From: Verrucomicrobiaceae bacterium
GTDB lineage: Bacteria > Verrucomicrobiota > Verrucomicrobiia > Verrucomicrobiales > Akkermansiaceae
DNA length: 64,000 bases
NCBI GenBank assembly: GCA_051252135.1
Contig: JBPOGH010000001.1
Location: 448,001 to 512,000 of the forward strand
Direction: 5' to 3'
The notes beneath the pieces are model-generated. The model was given only the letters and a program-made list of their open reading frames with translations. It searched no databases and had not been told where the DNA came from. Shown one piece after another: positions 60,294 through 64,000 of the stretch. The position numbers were made by a program, and so were the translations under genes. Position 1 is the stretch's first letter; every line of letters starts with the position of its first letter.

Positions 60294-60848
60294 GTGTTCG
60301 AGAAAATTATTAGCAAAAATCCCGAAGATTCCAACCAAGGCCGACAGGCCCCATCTTCGGCCCCCTCCGCCCCGTCTTCACCTGCAACACGGGAAAGCGC
60401 CCCTTCTTCATCTCCTGCCTCGGCTCCGGCCTCTAAGGCACCAGCAGGCGGCCAGCGCAACATTCTCAGCAATGACGTTTCCATCGTTGGTTCCGTCCGA
60501 TTCACCAATGACCTCCTTGTAGATGGTAAAATTGACGGCGAAATCAGCTCCGAGGGTTCCCTCACCGTCGCTGAAAACGCCATCATCAAAGCCGAGATCA
60601 AAACCAAATCGGTAGTCATCTACGGAAAAGTTCACGGCAACATTGTCGCCAGTGATCGCATTGAAATCAAAGACGGAGCCGAAATGATCGGTGACGTCAA
60701 AGCAGCAACCCTCTCCATCGAGCCAGGTGCCATCTTCGTCGGTAAGTCCGAGGTCGGAACTCCTTCCGTTCAACCTCAGAAATCGAACACCTCGGCACCC
60801 CAAGGCAACGTCAAGAAGAGCGAGGGCCAAAAGGCAGGTGCAGCCTAA
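60294..60848 (+). CDS. Bactofilin (polymer-forming cytoskeletal protein)
   Basis: ILSNDVSIVG...LLVDGKIDGEI...LTV...VVIYGKVHGNI...GDV...LSIEPGAIFVG beta-helix, flanked by disordered tails. Confidence 0.92.
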   Translation: MFEKIISKNPEDSNQGRQAPSSAPSAPSSPATRESAPSSSPASAPASKAPAGGQRNILSNDVSIVGSVRFTNDLLVDGKIDGEISSEGSLTVAENAIIKAEIKTKSVVIYGKVHGNIVASDRIEIKDGAEMIGDVKAATLSIEPGAIFVGKSEVGTPSVQPQKSNTSAPQGNVKKSEGQKAGAA

Positions 60849-60879
60849 TCTGCCCATAACCTTCTGAAGTCTCAAAGCC

Positions 60880-61764
60880 CTGGCCTTTCGATTCTTCAAA
60901 CCGGAGCAGAAAGGACCTCACGAGGTCATCTGCCCCGAGTGTGCAAACCGTCAAGTGGAACCTCCGCTGGCGGTTTCTACGTATTGCCGTGAATGCAGCG
61001 CACACTTCAAAATAGAGAACGGCAAGGCCGTCTCTCACAACAAGAAGGAAGTCTACAACCCCTTCGCCAACCGCCCTACCCCGGTTCAAAAAAACTCCGA
61101 AGTCGTCGAGGAAACCAAAAAGGATTCCACCTCTGACTCAGCCCCCCCGCAAGCCGCAGCCCCTCCCTCTTTCTTCAAGCCCAAGAAAAAAGCCATCACG
61201 GCGGATGACACACGGACTTCAGGTCTCTTCGGACGCACCAAAAGGCAACCCCGTAAGATTCGCTGCTTCGACTGTAAGGCCGAGCACACCATCTCTCCGA
61301 ACTCCACCTCCGCGCTCTGTCCGAAATGCGGCTCATACATCAGCCTCAAGGACTACGAAATCCGGGAACGATGGAATCGCCGGATCCAAACCCGGGGAGA
61401 CGTCTTCATTCATAAAAAAGGAGTCGTCGCCGGCACCACCATTCAATGCCACCACCTCACCGTCGAAGGCGACTTCACCGGCGGAGTCGAATGCTCGGGA
61501 GATTTGGTCATTCGTCGCAATGGCAAAATCATGGGAAAGGTTGTCTGCCGAAGACTGATCGTCGAAAAACGGGCCACCCTCGAATTCCTCAACTCCGTGG
61601 AAACCGAAGAATGCTCCCTGGATGGCGTCGTCACGGGGAACATCGCCTGCTCCGGCCTCCTCAGACTCGAGAAAAAGGCACTGCTCAATGGCAACGTCCG
61701 GGTTGGCCGCCTCGCCATCGAAGAAGGAGCCCGGCACCACGGCCAAATCCAAATGGGCGGTTAG
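60880..61764 (+). CDS. Bactofilin with two N-terminal zinc-ribbon modules; probable CTG start
   Basis: CPEC/CREC and CFDC/CPKC pairs, then bactofilin repeats ending LAIEEGARHHGQI. The frame is open from 60868; the track start GTG 60955 cuts the first CxxC. Confidence 0.8.
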   Translation: MAFRFFKPEQKGPHEVICPECANRQVEPPLAVSTYCRECSAHFKIENGKAVSHNKKEVYNPFANRPTPVQKNSEVVEETKKDSTSDSAPPQAAAPPSFFKPKKKAITADDTRTSGLFGRTKRQPRKIRCFDCKAEHTISPNSTSALCPKCGSYISLKDYEIRERWNRRIQTRGDVFIHKKGVVAGTTIQCHHLTVEGDFTGGVECSGDLVIRRNGKIMGKVVCRRLIVEKRATLEFLNSVETEECSLDGVVTGNIACSGLLRLEKKALLNGNVRVGRLAIEEGARHHGQIQMGG

Positions 61765-61812
61765 ACCACGGAAAAGACTGGCGTTTCGAGAGACATTTCG
61801 GGAACCTCCCCC

Positions 61813-62754
61813 ATGGCTTCAGCCCCTGCTCTCGACCTCAAGGAAGACATTCTTCGACTCAAAAAAGAACGCAACGCCGTCATCCTCGCGCACAACTACC
61901 AGATCGGCCCGATTCAGGACATTGCCGACTACGTGGGTGACTCACTCGGGCTCGCTTACCGCGCCCAGGAAACCGATGCCGATGTCATCGTCTTCTGCGG
62001 CGTCCACTTCATGGCGGAGACCGCCAAAATCCTCAACCCCACCAAAACCGTCGTTCTTCCCGACAAGGATGCCGGCTGCTCTCTCGAACAAGCGTGCCCT
62101 GCTGATAAGCTTGCCGCCTATCTCGAGGAAAATAAGGAAAAGAATTACTACGTCATCGCCTACATCAACTGCTCCGCAGGAGTAAAGGCACTCTGTGATG
62201 TCATCTGCACCTCCGGCAACGCTCCCCGCATCGTCGAGCAAGCACCTGCCGATCGCCCCATCCTCTTTGTTCCGGACGAAAATCTTGGCCAATGGGTCAT
62301 CGAACAAACCGGACGCAAAATGGACCTTTGGAAAGGCAATTGCTACGTCCACGTCGAATTTACCCGCGAATCGATCCAAAAAATCAAAGACGAATTCCCC
62401 GATGCCCAGGTCGTTGCTCACCCCGAGTGCACCAAAGCCGTCCGCCTTCTCGCAGACGAGGTTTGCTCCACTGAAAAAATGGTGCACTTCTGCAAGAACA
62501 GCCCCGCCCAAAACATCGTCGTCGTCACCGAGTCCGGTATGCTTCACCGCATCCAAAAGGAAGTCCCTGAAAAGAACCTCATCCCCGGACCCACCGACCA
62601 CTGCGCCTGCGCAGACTGCCGCTACATGAAAATGAACACGCTCGAGAAGCTCCATGCCTGCCTTGAAAATCTCGAGCCTCGCGTCGAGCTCCCTGAGGAT
62701 ATTCGGGCCAAAGCGGAGATCTCCCTCGTCAGAATGCTCGAGCAGTCGAAGTGA
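61813..62754 (+). CDS. nadA: Quinolinate synthase
   Basis: ILAHNYQ, GDSL, FCGVHFMAE, AGCSL, YINCSA, CTSGNA, HPEC and C-x-YMKMNTL motifs. Confidence 0.97.
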   Translation: MASAPALDLKEDILRLKKERNAVILAHNYQIGPIQDIADYVGDSLGLAYRAQETDADVIVFCGVHFMAETAKILNPTKTVVLPDKDAGCSLEQACPADKLAAYLEENKEKNYYVIAYINCSAGVKALCDVICTSGNAPRIVEQAPADRPILFVPDENLGQWVIEQTGRKMDLWKGNCYVHVEFTRESIQKIKDEFPDAQVVAHPECTKAVRLLADEVCSTEKMVHFCKNSPAQNIVVVTESGMLHRIQKEVPEKNLIPGPTDHCACADCRYMKMNTLEKLHACLENLEPRVELPEDIRAKAEISLVRMLEQSK

Positions 62755-62757
62755 AAA

Positions 62758-63198
62758 TCACTCGTCCATTTCCGCTTCCGAAATCCCCTTTTTGACTTTC
62801 CCCAGGAACAAAAAGACCGCCAGGGACAACATCGAAAGAGTTGCTGAAAGCAACCAGAGATCAAACGCCACCGCACATCCAATGGCCCCGGTAATCCAAA
62901 TTGCCGCCGCCGACGCCGTCCCTTGCACTTCCCGGTCACTTTTCAAAATAGCTCCTCCTCCTAAAAAGCCGATTCCCGTAAGCAGCCCCGCTACCACGCG
63001 CGCCGACGCATCAGGAGCATCAATCGGGCCAATCACGCTGACCCCAATCCACGTATACGCACAGGCTCCGGCTGCCACTAGCGGATAAGTCCTTAGTCCT
63101 GCAATCCGGGTATGTTTTTCCCGGTTCCAGGCAATTGGCAGGGATAATACGACAGAAACCAACAGCTTCTGCACCACTTCAATCTCATCAACAATCAT
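62758..63198 (-). CDS. MgtC/SapB-family membrane protein
   Basis: AGLRTYPLV, TGIGFLGGGAI and GTASAAAIW motifs. Confidence 0.92.
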   Translation of the reverse strand: MIVDEIEVVQKLLVSVVLSLPIAWNREKHTRIAGLRTYPLVAAGACAYTWIGVSVIGPIDAPDASARVVAGLLTGIGFLGGGAILKSDREVQGTASAAAIWITGAIGCAVAFDLWLLSATLSMLSLAVFLFLGKVKKGISEAEMDE

Positions 63199-63213
63199 AA
63201 CGGTTCGATCTTC

Positions 63214-64000
63214 TTAGAGTTTCCAGCCACCCCGATACACGCGGCCCAGCAGTGCGTTCGCCTCATCGTCACCCGGCGAAATTTCCTTCTCGCCATCCCA
63301 TTCAATACTGCGACCCAACTTCATCGAGTTCATCGCCAACAGGCTCATATTGGTCGAGCGGTGGGCAATCTCAATGTCGCAGACCGGCCGTCGATTCGTC
63401 TTGATGGCATCTAAAAAGTCACTCCACAGCTCACGAATATTCTGCGAATCGGGAGCATTCAACTGGGCCTTTTCGTGAATAACCTCTCCGCTCTTCCAAC
63501 TCGGCGTAAAAGTCCACCCGTCCTGCCAACCCAAATGAAGCACCCCCTTCGTCCCATAGAAATACGCCCCCACATTGTGATCCGGATGCTCATTTCCACC
63601 GAAATTTCGATTATCCCAAATACAGGTGAAATCCTCAAAGTCAAAGGTCGCCACCTGATGGTCAGGAGCATCGGTCGTCATCATCCCGCCCGAATTCACC
63701 ACCTCCCCCCGCACATCGCGGCCCCCGGATGAAAACACCTTCGATGGTGCCTTCTCCTCGGTCCACCACAAGACCTGGTCAAACCAGTGAATCCCCCAAT
63801 CTGCGATCGTTCCGTTCGCGTAGTCCAAAAAATTCCGCCACCCCTTGGGGTGCATCTTCTTATTGAAAGGGCGCACAGGGGCCGGTCCACACCAGGCATC
63901 CCAATCAAGACCGTCGGGAACCTCTTCGTTGGCCGTCGGCTCTTCCTCCGCCCCTCCATAATGGATGATGCAACGCACCATCCCCACATCACCCACTTTC
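63214..64000 (-). CDS. Gfo/Idh/MocA-family oxidoreductase, C-terminal part (start outside the window)
   Basis: LDWDAWCGPAP, WRNFLDYANG-x3-DWGIH and FLDAIK...P-x-CDIE-x-AHRS motifs. Confidence 0.92.
   Translation of the reverse strand, partial: KVGDVGMVRCIIHYGGAEEEPTANEEVPDGLDWDAWCGPAPVRPFNKKMHPKGWRNFLDYANGTIADWGIHWFDQVLWWTEEKAPSKVFSSGGRDVRGEVVNSGGMMTTDAPDHQVATFDFEDFTCIWDNRNFGGNEHPDHNVGAYFYGTKGVLHLGWQDGWTFTPSWKSGEVIHEKAQLNAPDSQNIRELWSDFLDAIKTNRRPVCDIEIAHRSTNMSLLAMNSMKLGRSIEWDGEKEISPGDDEANALLGRVYRGGWKL

Overview
A gene-dense, mostly housekeeping stretch of a bacterial chromosome. Protein features (N-terminally extended S11, split MetH, zinc-ribbon bactofilin, DP-repeat solenoid proteins) suggest Verrucomicrobiota; this is inference, not a database result. 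It holds about 60 CDS: rpsM-rpsK-rpsD without rpoA/rplQ, ftsK, a dapB-folK-panB-RF-like-thyA-folA-DUF3127 cluster, an SNF2 helicase, msrA, mscS, mfd-PPIase-coaD-cstA, SulP, a DUF2868/GTPase pair, split metH, Ni-SOD, hipBA, rpmG-rpsR, rho, chrA, a DEAD-box helicase with ruvC, a Na/Pi cotransporter, uxaC, lpxB, two bactofilins and nadA. It also has tRNA-Leu(CAA), a ~200-nt structured RNA (probably 6S) directly upstream of rho, and several intrinsic terminators. I saw no CRISPR array, integrase, transposase or prophage; the only accessory-looking insert is the hipBA module. I cannot establish a new system from sequence alone. The best candidates are a YfgM-like/bactofilin/zinc-ribbon-bactofilin locus that appears to need a non-canonical start codon, the coupled DUF2868 + GTPase pair, the ncRNA-rho locus with a disordered Rho extension, and paralogous repeat proteins flanking a Cys-tailed YlbF. 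Several unannotated cis signals are also visible: a SahR-like operator and a heptamer array at split metH, an 11-bp-phased Pho-box array, HipB operators and apparent leaderless promoters.
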